Notes under the pieces: model-generated
Seen by the model: only the letters and a program-made list of their open reading frames with translations
Told to the model about the DNA's origin: nothing
Database searches by the model: none
Position numbers and translations under genes: made by a program
Part shown: positions 17,165-26,406 of the stretch, in pieces
Numbering within the stretch: position 1 is the stretch's first letter
How the letters are laid out: the number at the start of each line of letters is the position of its first letter
Assembly (NCBI GenBank): GCA_964640155.1
Contig: CAZXEQ010000002.1
Location: forward strand, 120,001-152,000
Direction of reading: 5' to 3'
DNA length: 32,000 nt
DNA from: an uncultured bacterium
GTDB taxonomy: Bacteria; Auribacterota; JACPWU01

Positions 17165-17976
17165 CACGAATTCTTATTTCATTAGCAATTTTTATCGTTC
17201 TTCTGATCAGTGGTCTCTTGGCTTATATTGACTATGGACCCGTCTCTGTCTTGCCTATTCTTCAATATCAGCATATTGGTGAGTCCGAAAGTCGCCAAGA
17301 GGATTATATTCATCCAAGAGCTTTTTCTGATCAAATGAAATATCTTGCGGATGAAGAATTTAAAGTGATTACACTAGATGATGTTGTTCAAATTTATAAA
17401 GAAAAAGGCGAAGTCCCAACTCATACGATCGCCATTACTTTTGATGGAGGTTATAGCGATTTTAACGAATATGCGGTCCCTGCTCTTGCAAAATATAAAT
17501 TTCCAGTCACTGTTTTTTTACAATCCGGGAATATGGGCAAACCTGGATTTATGACGAAAGATCAAATTATAAAACTTGCAGAAGAAAATGAGAGAATTAC
17601 TTTTGGCTCAAATGGTATGTCAGGGAAAAATTTAAATTCAATCAATGGAGCAGATGCCTACAATGAAATTTCTTCTTCAAAAATAGGGTTACAAAAAGAA
17701 TTAGAAATCATCATCCCCTATTTTAGCTATCCTCAAGGAGGCTTCATGCCAACGTTAGAAAGATTAGTTCAAGAAAGTGGTTATCGAGGGGCATGTGCCT
17801 TAACGCCGGGTCGAAATTATTCTAATCATAATCCTTTTATCATAAAACGCACTGCGATTACTTATGCCGACGACAATCCTGTTTTTTTCAAGCTGAAGAC
17901 TTGGGGCAATTATGTCATTCTCAAAGAATGGAAAGAAGACTGGGAAAAGAAGAGAAATAGAAGGAAGAGAACATAA
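17161..17976 (+). CDS. Membrane-anchored NodB-fold (polysaccharide deacetylase family) protein, apparently lacking the canonical metal-binding residues
   Basis: N-terminal TM segment. LPILQYQHI...ITFDGGYSDF..FPVTVFL...FGSNGMSGKNL...YFSYPQGG follows the NodB/COG0726 layout. However, TFDDG reads TFDGG (17437-17451) and the H(S/T)xxH position reads SNGMS. ATGA overlap with the upstream GT. Confidence 0.7.
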   Translation: MTRILISLAIFIVLLISGLLAYIDYGPVSVLPILQYQHIGESESRQEDYIHPRAFSDQMKYLADEEFKVITLDDVVQIYKEKGEVPTHTIAITFDGGYSDFNEYAVPALAKYKFPVTVFLQSGNMGKPGFMTKDQIIKLAEENERITFGSNGMSGKNLNSINGADAYNEISSSKIGLQKELEIIIPYFSYPQGGFMPTLERLVQESGYRGACALTPGRNYSNHNPFIIKRTAITYADDNPVFFKLKTWGNYVILKEWKEDWEKKRNRRKRT

Positions 17977-17979
17977 ATC

Positions 17980-18756
17980 ATGACAGCTTTTACAACCCTT
18001 CAAGAGATTTGGAACCGACGAGAACTGATGAAAAGCCTTGTCGTACGAAATCTTAAAATTCGATATAAAGGTTCTGCTTTAGGATTCTTGTGGTCGTTAA
18101 TGGACCCTATCTTAATGATGTTGGTCTATTTGCTTTTTGCCAAACTCACACGTTTTCAAGTAGATCTTTCTTATCTTCTTACGGGAGTTTTCATTTGGCA
18201 GTTTTTAAGTCTTTGTGTTGGAGATTCTTTTCATGCAGTGCTGGGGAATACCAGTCTCGTAAAAAAGGTTTATTTCCCTAGACTGATTCTTCCCCTATCC
18301 ACAGCTATTGCAAACACGATCAATTTTTTTCTTTCCTTAGGAGTGCTCTTGCTTTTCTTGCTTTTGTTTGGGGTTAGCTTTCGTTTTCAAAATATTATCA
18401 TTCTTCCTTTTTTTATTTTTTTTCAATTTTTGCTTTGCCAAGGATTAGCCCTTCTTTTCTCAAGTCTTATGGTTTATTTTAGAGACACACAACATTTGGT
18501 CAGCATCGGCCTCATGGCCTGGTTCTTTATGAGTCCTGTCATTTACCCCATTACCCTTGTTCCAGAAAAATGGCTCTCACTTTATCTTCTTAATCCCATG
18601 TGCACTATTCTGATTGGGTTTCGAAGCTGTCTTTTGGCTACGCCCATGATTTGGAATTCATTTACAGTTTTATCTTTATTTTTATGCGGCGTTGTCTTTA
18701 TTTTTGGATTTTGGGTTTTTGTTAAACTGGAACCTCTTTTTGCAGATGAATTGTAA
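17980..18756 (+). CDS. wzm: ABC-2 type polysaccharide exporter permease
   Basis: 258 aa with about 6 TM segments. N-terminal ELMKSLVVRNLKIRYKGSALGFLWSLMDPILMM is the typical Wzm/TagG/KpsM signature region. Confidence 0.85.
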   Translation: MTAFTTLQEIWNRRELMKSLVVRNLKIRYKGSALGFLWSLMDPILMMLVYLLFAKLTRFQVDLSYLLTGVFIWQFLSLCVGDSFHAVLGNTSLVKKVYFPRLILPLSTAIANTINFFLSLGVLLLFLLLFGVSFRFQNIIILPFFIFFQFLLCQGLALLFSSLMVYFRDTQHLVSIGLMAWFFMSPVIYPITLVPEKWLSLYLLNPMCTILIGFRSCLLATPMIWNSFTVLSLFLCGVVFIFGFWVFVKLEPLFADEL

Positions 18757-18779
18757 TTTTCAGGAGATATCCCCTTTCT

Positions 18780-19988
18780 ATGAGCACCATTGAAGTAAAA
18801 AATGTAGGAAAACGTTTTCGACTTAAACACGAGAAAGAAAGATCGTTTAAGTCTACGCTGTTAAATGTTTTTAAGCGGCAGACGCTCCAAGAAGATTTTT
18901 GGGCTCTTCGTAATATTTCATTTGAAGTCAACTCTGGAGAAACTTTGGGAATTATTGGGGCCAATGGAGCTGGTAAAAGTACTTTTTTAGGGCTTGCAGC
19001 ACAAACCATTCGCCCCACAGAAGGAACGGTTAAAGTTGAAGGTCGAGTTTCAGGACTTCTAGAACTAGGTGCTGGATTTCATCCGGAATTGAATGGGAAA
19101 GAAAATGTTTTTCTCAACGGATCCATTTTAGGACTTTCTAAACGCCAAATTGAAGAACGTTACGATCGAATTGTACAATTTGCTGAACTTGCCCCCTTTA
19201 TGGATGTCCCAGTAAAACATTACTCTTCAGGGATGTATGTTCGGTTAGGTTTTGCTGTCGCTGTAGAGGTAGATCCCGATGTCTTACTCATTGATGAAGT
19301 TCTGGCTGTAGGAGATGAAACTTTTCGTAAAAAATGTCTTCAAAAAATTCACGATTTCAAAACAGCTGGCAAAACCATGCTGATTGTTTCTCATGATTTA
19401 GATATCGTGAAACAAATCAGTGATCGCATTCTTCTTTTGGATCAAGGGAAATTAATCGAACTAGGGAAACCTCAAACTGTCATTGATGATTATCTACGTT
19501 TAGGCATTCGCAAATTTCGAGAACCTCTCTTAAAAAAAGATTGGGGAACACTTGAAGCTGAAATCAAAAACGTCGTTTTCCTGGATACAAACAATAAACC
19601 CCAAGAACGCTTTAGAAACAGAGAAAAATTAACAATGGAAATTCATTATCAAACCACTAAAAGAATAGATTATCCTGTTTTTGGTTTTTCAATCGCAGAT
19701 TACGACGGCCGTGTTTGTTTTGGAAGCAATACACAACTTTCAGGGCACCGCATCCCGTTCATTGAGGGAGAAGGACATATTACCGTATGTATAGACCCCA
19801 TCCCTCTGCTTCGAGGAAAATATTTTTTCTCATTTTCGATACATAACGAAGATCATACCGTTGATTTTCACCGCCAGGAAAATGCTTATGTCATTTGGAT
19901 AGAATCTGAGAGAGAAGAAATTGGTTTCATAGAAATGCCCACACAATGGTCGACTGAAAGGAGTACTCATGAAAGAACCCATCTTTAA
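18780..19988 (+). CDS. wzt: Polysaccharide ABC exporter ATP-binding protein with C-terminal extension (Wzt_C-like glycan-binding domain)
   Basis: Walker A GANGAGKST, signature YSSGMYVRLGFA, Walker B LLIDEVLAVGD. An extra beta-rich domain of about 150 aa follows (EIKNVVFLD...GKYFFSFSIHN...). Confidence 0.88.
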   Translation: MSTIEVKNVGKRFRLKHEKERSFKSTLLNVFKRQTLQEDFWALRNISFEVNSGETLGIIGANGAGKSTFLGLAAQTIRPTEGTVKVEGRVSGLLELGAGFHPELNGKENVFLNGSILGLSKRQIEERYDRIVQFAELAPFMDVPVKHYSSGMYVRLGFAVAVEVDPDVLLIDEVLAVGDETFRKKCLQKIHDFKTAGKTMLIVSHDLDIVKQISDRILLLDQGKLIELGKPQTVIDDYLRLGIRKFREPLLKKDWGTLEAEIKNVVFLDTNNKPQERFRNREKLTMEIHYQTTKRIDYPVFGFSIADYDGRVCFGSNTQLSGHRIPFIEGEGHITVCIDPIPLLRGKYFFSFSIHNEDHTVDFHRQENAYVIWIESEREEIGFIEMPTQWSTERSTHERTHL

Positions 19989-20439
19989 AATTGGTGCTGA
20001 ACATATTGATGTAGAAAAAATCATGCAAGAGATTCAAACACGCATTGAAGAAAAGAAAAAGAAAGGCGTGTATGACCAATATGATTTGTCTGGCATTTCA
20101 AAAATAGAGTTTGAAAATATCGCGACTGAAGAAGAATTTTTAACCTATTACACCGACATCTTACAACGTACTTGTGATATTAATATTGCAGACTTCCCCA
20201 TCATGAATGAAGGCGGTTTTCTAGGCCATATTGAAGTTTTTGTCAAAAAAATAATATGGAAACTACTCAAATTTTATACCTATCGACTTTTTACTCAGCA
20301 GAAAGAATTCAACTGTCAAGTGACCAATGCCTTCTTGAGTTTACGAAAATGTATGGATATAAGATTCAAAGAAATTCATGAAAGATTAGATTACTTAACT
20401 AAAAAAACAAACGACTCAAGACCAATGACCAACGACTGA
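19969..20439 (+). CDS. Hypothetical 156-aa cytoplasmic helical protein
   Basis: AAAGGAG lies 7 nt upstream of the ATG. 20-nt overlap with wzt. Charged helical N-terminus (IDVEKIMQEIQTRIEEKKKKG). No family recognised. Confidence 0.6.
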   Translation: MKEPIFKIGAEHIDVEKIMQEIQTRIEEKKKKGVYDQYDLSGISKIEFENIATEEEFLTYYTDILQRTCDINIADFPIMNEGGFLGHIEVFVKKIIWKLLKFYTYRLFTQQKEFNCQVTNAFLSLRKCMDIRFKEIHERLDYLTKKTNDSRPMTND

Positions 20440-20443
20440 TTTC

Positions 20444-21532
20444 ATGGAAATTTCACAATTTGTATCAGGATTTCTGGATGGAGATGCCATTAGTAATAAT
20501 GCTATTGAACTGCAGAAAATCATTCAAAGCTGGGGGTATTCTTCTAAAATCTATGGCATTGGACGACACATTCATTCTTTAATCCCTAATCGATGTCAAG
20601 ACGTCAAAGATTACCGTAGCGATCCTAAAAATATTGCTATTTATCATTTTTCAGTAGGCTCTGAGATGACTGCTTTTTTCAAAAGCCTTCCCGAAAAAAA
20701 AATACTCATTTATCACAACATCACCCCTGCAAAATATTTCCAATCTATTTCTGAAATTGCAACTTCCGCTTTAAGACAGGGCCGCGAGCAATTAAAAAGT
20801 CTGGCAAAGACTCCTGATTTGTCACTCGGAGATTCTTCCTATAATGTTGAAGAACTTCTAGAAGTCGGATTTGATCAACCTAAAGTTTTCCCCCTCATAC
20901 TCAATATGAATAGCCTTAGCGCGCGCACCCCAAAAGAAATTTTAAAACAAAATAAAAAACGAGGGCAAAACAAGAAAAGAGGAATGCATATCTTATTTGT
21001 AGGACGTTTGGCTCCCAACAAAAAAATTGACGATATTATTTTGGCCTTCTTTTATATCAAGAAAATAATAGATCCTTTGGCAAAACTTTTCATCGTTGGA
21101 TCCTTTTCAGGGATGGATCGTTATCTATCTCACTTAAGAGTTTTAACCATGGAACTCGATTTATCCGATATTTTCTTCACAGGGCATGTCTCGCATGATC
21201 AGCTAATTTCCTATTACCGTCAATCTGATATCTTCTTATGTATGAGTGAACATGAAGGCTTCTGTGTCCCTCTTTTAGAAGCCATGTACTTTGATATTCC
21301 TGTACTTGCTTACCATGCAACCGCAGTACCTGAAACATTAGGAGGAGCTGGGATTTTATTTTCAGAAAAAGACCCTATCCAAATAGCAGAAATGGTCAAG
21401 ACGGTCATGGAGAATTCATCTTTACGATCCTCTATTGTTGAAAAACAGAGAAAACGACTTCAAGATTTTAGTCCGGCAGCTTTAGAAAAGCAGTTCAAAG
21501 AACTTCTCAACCCCATCATTCATGGGAATTAA
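20444..21532 (+). CDS. GT-B fold glycosyltransferase (GT4-like), paralogue A1
   Basis: 362 aa. FVGRLAPNKK and MSEHEGFCVPLLEAMYFDIPVLAY (E-x7-E). Homologous along its whole length to the next gene. Confidence 0.85.
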   Translation: MEISQFVSGFLDGDAISNNAIELQKIIQSWGYSSKIYGIGRHIHSLIPNRCQDVKDYRSDPKNIAIYHFSVGSEMTAFFKSLPEKKILIYHNITPAKYFQSISEIATSALRQGREQLKSLAKTPDLSLGDSSYNVEELLEVGFDQPKVFPLILNMNSLSARTPKEILKQNKKRGQNKKRGMHILFVGRLAPNKKIDDIILAFFYIKKIIDPLAKLFIVGSFSGMDRYLSHLRVLTMELDLSDIFFTGHVSHDQLISYYRQSDIFLCMSEHEGFCVPLLEAMYFDIPVLAYHATAVPETLGGAGILFSEKDPIQIAEMVKTVMENSSLRSSIVEKQRKRLQDFSPAALEKQFKELLNPIIHGN

Positions 21533-21533
21533 T

Positions 21534-22610
21534 ATGGAAATTTCACAATTTGTATCAGGATTCCTTGATGGGGATGCCATCAGCAATTATGCGATTGAAT
21601 TGCAAAAAATGATTCGTGCGTGGGGATACCCTTCCTATATCTATGGGATATCTGAGCATATTCGTTCATCTGTCCCTAATCGCTGTTTAGATATGAAATC
21701 CTATGTGAGTCATCCCAAAAATATTGCCATTTATCATTTTTCAGTAGGCTCTGAAATGACAAATTACTTTAAAAGTCTGCCAGAGAAAAAGGTTTTGATT
21801 TATCATAATATTACTCCTCCAAAATATTTTAAATCCATTTCTGAAATAACGGTATCTGTTTTAAAACAAGGCCGAGAACAATTAAAAGAGCTGGCAAGAA
21901 TTCCAGATTTGTCACTGGCTGTTTCAGCTTATAATCAGCAAGAACTCGTGGAAGCGGGTTTTCATCAACCACAAATTTTTCCTCTTATTTTAAATCTTGA
22001 AGATTTAAATACACCCCCTAGAAAAAAAATATTACAGCAATTCAGGAAACCTGCTTTAAACATTTTATTTATTGGTCGTATTGCACCCAATAAAAAGATA
22101 GAAAATGTTATTCTGGCTTATTTCTATGTTAAAAAATATGTTGAACCCAAAGCGCGACTCATCATCGTCGGAAATTTTGTCAACATGAACCGTTATTTAT
22201 CTTATTTAAAGGGGCTTGCCATCAAATTAGACTTACAAGATATTTTCTTTACAGGGCATGTGCCTCAGCAAGATTTGGTGTCCTACTATCAGGTAGCCGA
22301 TGTTTTTCTATGTATGAGTGAACATGAAGGATTTTGCATTCCACTTTTGGAAGCAATGTATTTTAATATCCCTGTCATGGCTTATGCCGCAGCAGGGGTG
22401 CCTGGCACACTTAATGGGGCTGGTATTCTTATTCAGAAAAAAGATCCTATCGCCATAGCAGAAATGGTCAGAATGCTCTACGAAAATCAGGCCTTTCGCT
22501 CTGCAGTCATTCAAAAACAAAAAGAAAGATTAAAAAATTTTGATCTCAACCGATGGGCCAGTGAATTTAAAATGCTTCTGCATCCTTTAGTGACTTCATC
22601 CATGAATTAA
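21534..22610 (+). CDS. GT-B fold glycosyltransferase (GT4-like), paralogue A2
   Basis: The ORF track starts at 21522. The ATG at 21534 gives MEISQFVSGFLDGDAISN, identical to the first 18 residues of A1, and lies 1 nt after the A1 stop. MSEHEGFCIPLLEAMYFNIPVMAY. Confidence 0.85.
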   Translation: MEISQFVSGFLDGDAISNYAIELQKMIRAWGYPSYIYGISEHIRSSVPNRCLDMKSYVSHPKNIAIYHFSVGSEMTNYFKSLPEKKVLIYHNITPPKYFKSISEITVSVLKQGREQLKELARIPDLSLAVSAYNQQELVEAGFHQPQIFPLILNLEDLNTPPRKKILQQFRKPALNILFIGRIAPNKKIENVILAYFYVKKYVEPKARLIIVGNFVNMNRYLSYLKGLAIKLDLQDIFFTGHVPQQDLVSYYQVADVFLCMSEHEGFCIPLLEAMYFNIPVMAYAAAGVPGTLNGAGILIQKKDPIAIAEMVRMLYENQAFRSAVIQKQKERLKNFDLNRWASEFKMLLHPLVTSSMN

Positions 22611-22622
22611 AAGAGAACGACT

Positions 22623-23852
22623 ATGTCTTATAAAATTGCTTTTGTTATTCCACGCTTTGACATTGGGAAAGCGGGAGGAGCAGAGATTCATGCAGCTCAA
22701 TTGGCTCGACATCTTACAAGTCGAGGACACACCATAGAAGTTTTTACGACATGCTCTGAAGATCATCACCTATGGGGGAATACGGTTGCTCCAGGAGAAA
22801 AGATGATCGACGGCATTAAAGTGCATCGTTTCCCAACAGATTCACGAGAAGATGTATGGCTTTTCTTACATCTACAAAGAAAAATGCATTTGGGAATGTC
22901 TCTGTCTTCAACAGAAGAAGCAGCCTGGTTAAAAAATAGCGTCCATAGTCAAGCTCTCTATAAAACTCTTAGTGAGCGTTTGAAGGATTTTGATGGTGTC
23001 ATTTTTATGCCCTACCTCTTTGGGATGACTTATGAAGGAAGTAAATATACAAAAGACAAATTCATATTGATTCCTTGTTTACATGATGAACCTTATGCCA
23101 AATTAAAAATTACAAATGATCTATTTCAAAGAGCACAGCATATCTTTTTCAATACAGAGCCTGAAAGAGAACTTGCTTGTCGTCTTTACAACATCGATGC
23201 TTCTCAATCGAATCTTGTAGCCCTTGGATTTGATGACCCCCCTCCAGCAGACGTATCTAATTTTAGAAAAAAATATGGATTAGAGAATCAACCCTATTTC
23301 ATTTTTGTGGGCCGGTGGGAAAAAGGGAAAAATGTAGATTTACTGATTGAATATTTCAAAAAATTTCTGATTCATTCAAAGAGAAATGTGAAATTGATCC
23401 TACTAGGATCTGGAGACATTCAAATTCCAAAAGCATTTGAAGAAGACATTCTTGCCCTTGGTTTTATTCCCTTGGAGGACAAATTGGGTGCCATTGCTGG
23501 AGCTATTGCACTTTGTCAACCCTCTGTAAATGAAAGCCTGTCCATCGTCATCATGGAAGCTTGGGGCCTTAAAACACCTGTCTTGGTTCATGAAAATTGT
23601 GCCGTCACTCGATACCATGCGATTCAAAGCGGGGGAGGCCTTTATTTTAAAGATTATTTTGAATTTGAAGAAGCACTTCATTTTTTTCTAGACCATGAAG
23701 AACTACGTAGAAAAATGGGAATCTTAGGTCATCAATACGTTCGAGAAAATTATTCTTGGGAAAAAGTCATAGATCGATTTGAGGAAGCATTTGAACATTA
23801 CATATCAAAACAATCAAATGAAGATAGAAGCATGAAGAAAGAAGCAAGATAA
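22623..23852 (+). CDS. GT-B fold glycosyltransferase, paralogue B1
   Basis: 409 aa. KIAFVIPRFDIGKAGGAEIHAAQLARHL, FVGRWEKGKN, NESLSIVIMEAWGLKTPVLV. Confidence 0.8.
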   Translation: MSYKIAFVIPRFDIGKAGGAEIHAAQLARHLTSRGHTIEVFTTCSEDHHLWGNTVAPGEKMIDGIKVHRFPTDSREDVWLFLHLQRKMHLGMSLSSTEEAAWLKNSVHSQALYKTLSERLKDFDGVIFMPYLFGMTYEGSKYTKDKFILIPCLHDEPYAKLKITNDLFQRAQHIFFNTEPERELACRLYNIDASQSNLVALGFDDPPPADVSNFRKKYGLENQPYFIFVGRWEKGKNVDLLIEYFKKFLIHSKRNVKLILLGSGDIQIPKAFEEDILALGFIPLEDKLGAIAGAIALCQPSVNESLSIVIMEAWGLKTPVLVHENCAVTRYHAIQSGGGLYFKDYFEFEEALHFFLDHEELRRKMGILGHQYVRENYSWEKVIDRFEEAFEHYISKQSNEDRSMKKEAR

Positions 23853-23920
23853 GACTAAAAAATCATTTAAACTTCTTGCCTCATGTTTCCTGTTTCGTTC
23901 TTCTAATTATTTAACTACAT

Positions 23921-25108
23921 ATGGATCCATTGAAAATCGCTTTTATCATTCCCCGTTATCATATACCCCAGGCCGGAGGAGCAGAAGTTCTTGTACAGAA
24001 TTTGGCAGAAAAACTCGTAAAAGCAGGACATAAAATTGATGTTTTAACCACTTGTAGCCAAGATCATACCCGTTGGGGAAATGATTTAAAGTCTGGAAAA
24101 GAAACTATTCATGGAGTTAATGTACATCGCTTTACTGTGGATGAACGTGTAAATTTCTCTCGTTTTATTCTATTAGAACAAAGGATTGATCGAGGATGGC
24201 CTCTTAATCTGAAAGAAGAAAATCAGTGGATCAAAGGGAGCGTTCACAGCAAAGAACTTTACACTTTTCTAGACATGCATCAAACCCAGTGGGATACTTT
24301 AATCTTTGCTCCCTATCTTTTTGGACTGACTTATCAAGGAATGCAAATCGCTTCTTATAAATCATTTCTCATTCCTTGTCTTCATAATGAACCTTATGCC
24401 TATCTTCATATTTTTCAATCCATGTTTCAAAAAGCACAAGGCATCCTTTTTAATTCTTTACCTGAAAAAGAATTAGCTCGAAAGATTTTTTCTGTTCCTG
24501 AAGAAAAATGTTCTATTGTTGGGATGGGTTTTGAACCCTTCGCTTTATCTAAAGAAAACAACTTTAGAAAAAAATTCAATCTTGGGTCTGATCCTTTTTT
24601 ACTTTATGCAGGGCGGCGTGAAAAAGGAAAAAACACTCCCCTCCTGATCAACTATTTTCAAACCTATAAAAAACATCATCCAAGCCCCCTTAAACTTGTT
24701 TTAATTGGATCCGGGAAAATAGATGAAAAACTGTCTTCAGATATTGTGGATTGTGGCTTCATCAGTTCTGAAGAAAAACAGGAAGCGTATCAAGAAGCTC
24801 TTCTCACTTGTCAGCCCTCTTTAAATGAAAGTTTTTCGATTGTGCTCATGGAATCTTGGCTAGCTCAAACACCCGTCCTGGTAAATACAAAATGTGCCGT
24901 AACCCAATTTCATACTCAATCTTCTCAAGCAGGACTCTGGTTTAAGAATTTCTTTGAATTTGAATCCTGTCTTGATTTTTTTCTCACACAAGAAGAGGCT
25001 CGAAAAAAGATGGGAATTCAAGGCAGAAACTATGTTCTAAATCACTTTGAGTGGGGCCATGTTTTAGACCGCTTTCTTAAAATGATTCGATCGGGGAAAC
25101 CCTCTTGA
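23921..25108 (+). CDS. GT-B fold glycosyltransferase, paralogue B2
   Basis: 395 aa. KIAFIIPRYHIPQAGGAEVLVQNLAEKL, YAGRREKGKN, NESFSIVLMESWLAQTPVLV. Colinear with B1. Confidence 0.8.
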   Translation: MDPLKIAFIIPRYHIPQAGGAEVLVQNLAEKLVKAGHKIDVLTTCSQDHTRWGNDLKSGKETIHGVNVHRFTVDERVNFSRFILLEQRIDRGWPLNLKEENQWIKGSVHSKELYTFLDMHQTQWDTLIFAPYLFGLTYQGMQIASYKSFLIPCLHNEPYAYLHIFQSMFQKAQGILFNSLPEKELARKIFSVPEEKCSIVGMGFEPFALSKENNFRKKFNLGSDPFLLYAGRREKGKNTPLLINYFQTYKKHHPSPLKLVLIGSGKIDEKLSSDIVDCGFISSEEKQEAYQEALLTCQPSLNESFSIVLMESWLAQTPVLVNTKCAVTQFHTQSSQAGLWFKNFFEFESCLDFFLTQEEARKKMGIQGRNYVLNHFEWGHVLDRFLKMIRSGKPS

Positions 25109-26406
25109 TGAAGATATTTTCATGGGTTCATTCAAAAGTCAAAAAAGAAAAATTTTTATTATCAAGCACTCTTCTTTTTGTAGCCTCTCTTATCTCCAAT
25201 TTGACTGCATATTTTTACCAATTTGCGATGTCTCGTCTGATGAACGAAAATGATTTTGGAACACTCAATAGCCTGCTCTCTTTATTTGCCTTAGTCACGG
25301 TCCCTACAGGCGTTATTGGACTTGTAGTCACGCGATATATCTCTCAATTTCAAACTCAAAATCAGCCCTCCAAGCTGAAACTATTTATCATTAACTCATT
25401 TAGAAATCTTTTTTTCTTTGGAGCTCTTCTTGGATTCTTACTCCTCATCGTCCAACAAGCAATTCAAAATTTTTTCCATTTGGAGAATTCGAAATTGATT
25501 CTGATTTTAGCGATCATGACCTTGACTGCTTTTGTCTCCCCCATTGGAATAAGTTTATTGCAAGGATTACAACTTTTTTACAGGTTTGGGGCATTTCTCA
25601 TTTCAACGGGATTGATTCGTCTGATCACAGGCATTATCCTCGTTTATTTACACTGGGGAATTGAAGGAGCACTTGTGGCTAATATCGTTTCGTTTGCCGG
25701 AGGTATTTTACTTCTTTACTCTCCTTTGAAGAAAATTCTATCTGTTAAAAAAACTCAAACCATTGAAAAACATACTCGAGAAATTCTCACCTTTTCTATC
25801 CCTGTCACTCTCGTATTTATAGGAACCACTTGCTTTGTTCATTTAGACCTCATTTTGGTTAAACATTTCTTGCCTGACCTAGCTGGTCAATATGCTGCAG
25901 CTGCTATTTTGGGGAGATCCATTTTTTATTTTCCAGGGGCTTTGGCAATGACTATGTATCCCATGATTACAGAATTTTCTATTCTCAAAAGAAACACTTT
26001 CCCCATTTTAAAAAGATGTCTCTTCATGACTTTAATTCTCTCAAGTGTAGGCTTAGCAACTTTTATCATGTTTCCAGATTTTTTAATTCATATGTTATTT
26101 GGTTCTCAATATCCTTATGCCAAAGAGCTTTTGCCCTTCTATTCAACGGCCATGCTCCCCTTAGCTCTTTCAAGTGTTTTAATTCAACACGAGCTTGCCT
26201 TGCGAAAATTCAAATTTACCTATATGCTACTGGGTATGGTGATTTTAGAAGGCACTCTCATTCTATTTTTTCATGCTCACTTAAGGTCAATTCTAATGAT
26301 CCTCAACTTTTGTCAATGGTCTCTTTTCATTGTTCTGGCATTTGTCGTCCTCAGAAACTCAAAGATATCTATTTCACCTGATTTGTCCTTGAGGAGATCC
26401 GCATGA
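25105..26406 (+). CDS. Wzx-type (MOP superfamily) oligo/polysaccharide flippase
   Basis: About 12 predicted TM segments. AGQYAAAAILGRSIFYFPGALAMTMYP resembles the Wzx/MurJ-family mid-protein region. TTG at 25105 or ATG at 25108, overlapping the upstream stop. Confidence 0.75.
   Translation: MMKIFSWVHSKVKKEKFLLSSTLLFVASLISNLTAYFYQFAMSRLMNENDFGTLNSLLSLFALVTVPTGVIGLVVTRYISQFQTQNQPSKLKLFIINSFRNLFFFGALLGFLLLIVQQAIQNFFHLENSKLILILAIMTLTAFVSPIGISLLQGLQLFYRFGAFLISTGLIRLITGIILVYLHWGIEGALVANIVSFAGGILLLYSPLKKILSVKKTQTIEKHTREILTFSIPVTLVFIGTTCFVHLDLILVKHFLPDLAGQYAAAAILGRSIFYFPGALAMTMYPMITEFSILKRNTFPILKRCLFMTLILSSVGLATFIMFPDFLIHMLFGSQYPYAKELLPFYSTAMLPLALSSVLIQHELALRKFKFTYMLLGMVILEGTLILFFHAHLRSILMILNFCQWSLFIVLAFVVLRNSKISISPDLSLRRSA

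Noticed and set aside
17800-19018. Minus-strand ORFs 17800-18003, 18582-18830 and 18722-19018, and plus-strand ORF 18090-18281
   Set aside because: They are antisense or alternative-frame shadows of the NodB, wzm and wzt genes.
21522-21533. ORF-track start MGIN for the second GT paralogue
   Set aside because: The ATG at 21534 reproduces the exact N-terminus of the paralogue and avoids an 11-nt overlap.
26016-26381. 121-aa alternative-frame ORF inside the flippase. The same applies to 22308-22520, 23403-23681, 28270-28599, 28313-28495, 30123-30338 and 30133-30354.
   Set aside because: These are embedded in better-supported genes, with no independent start signals.
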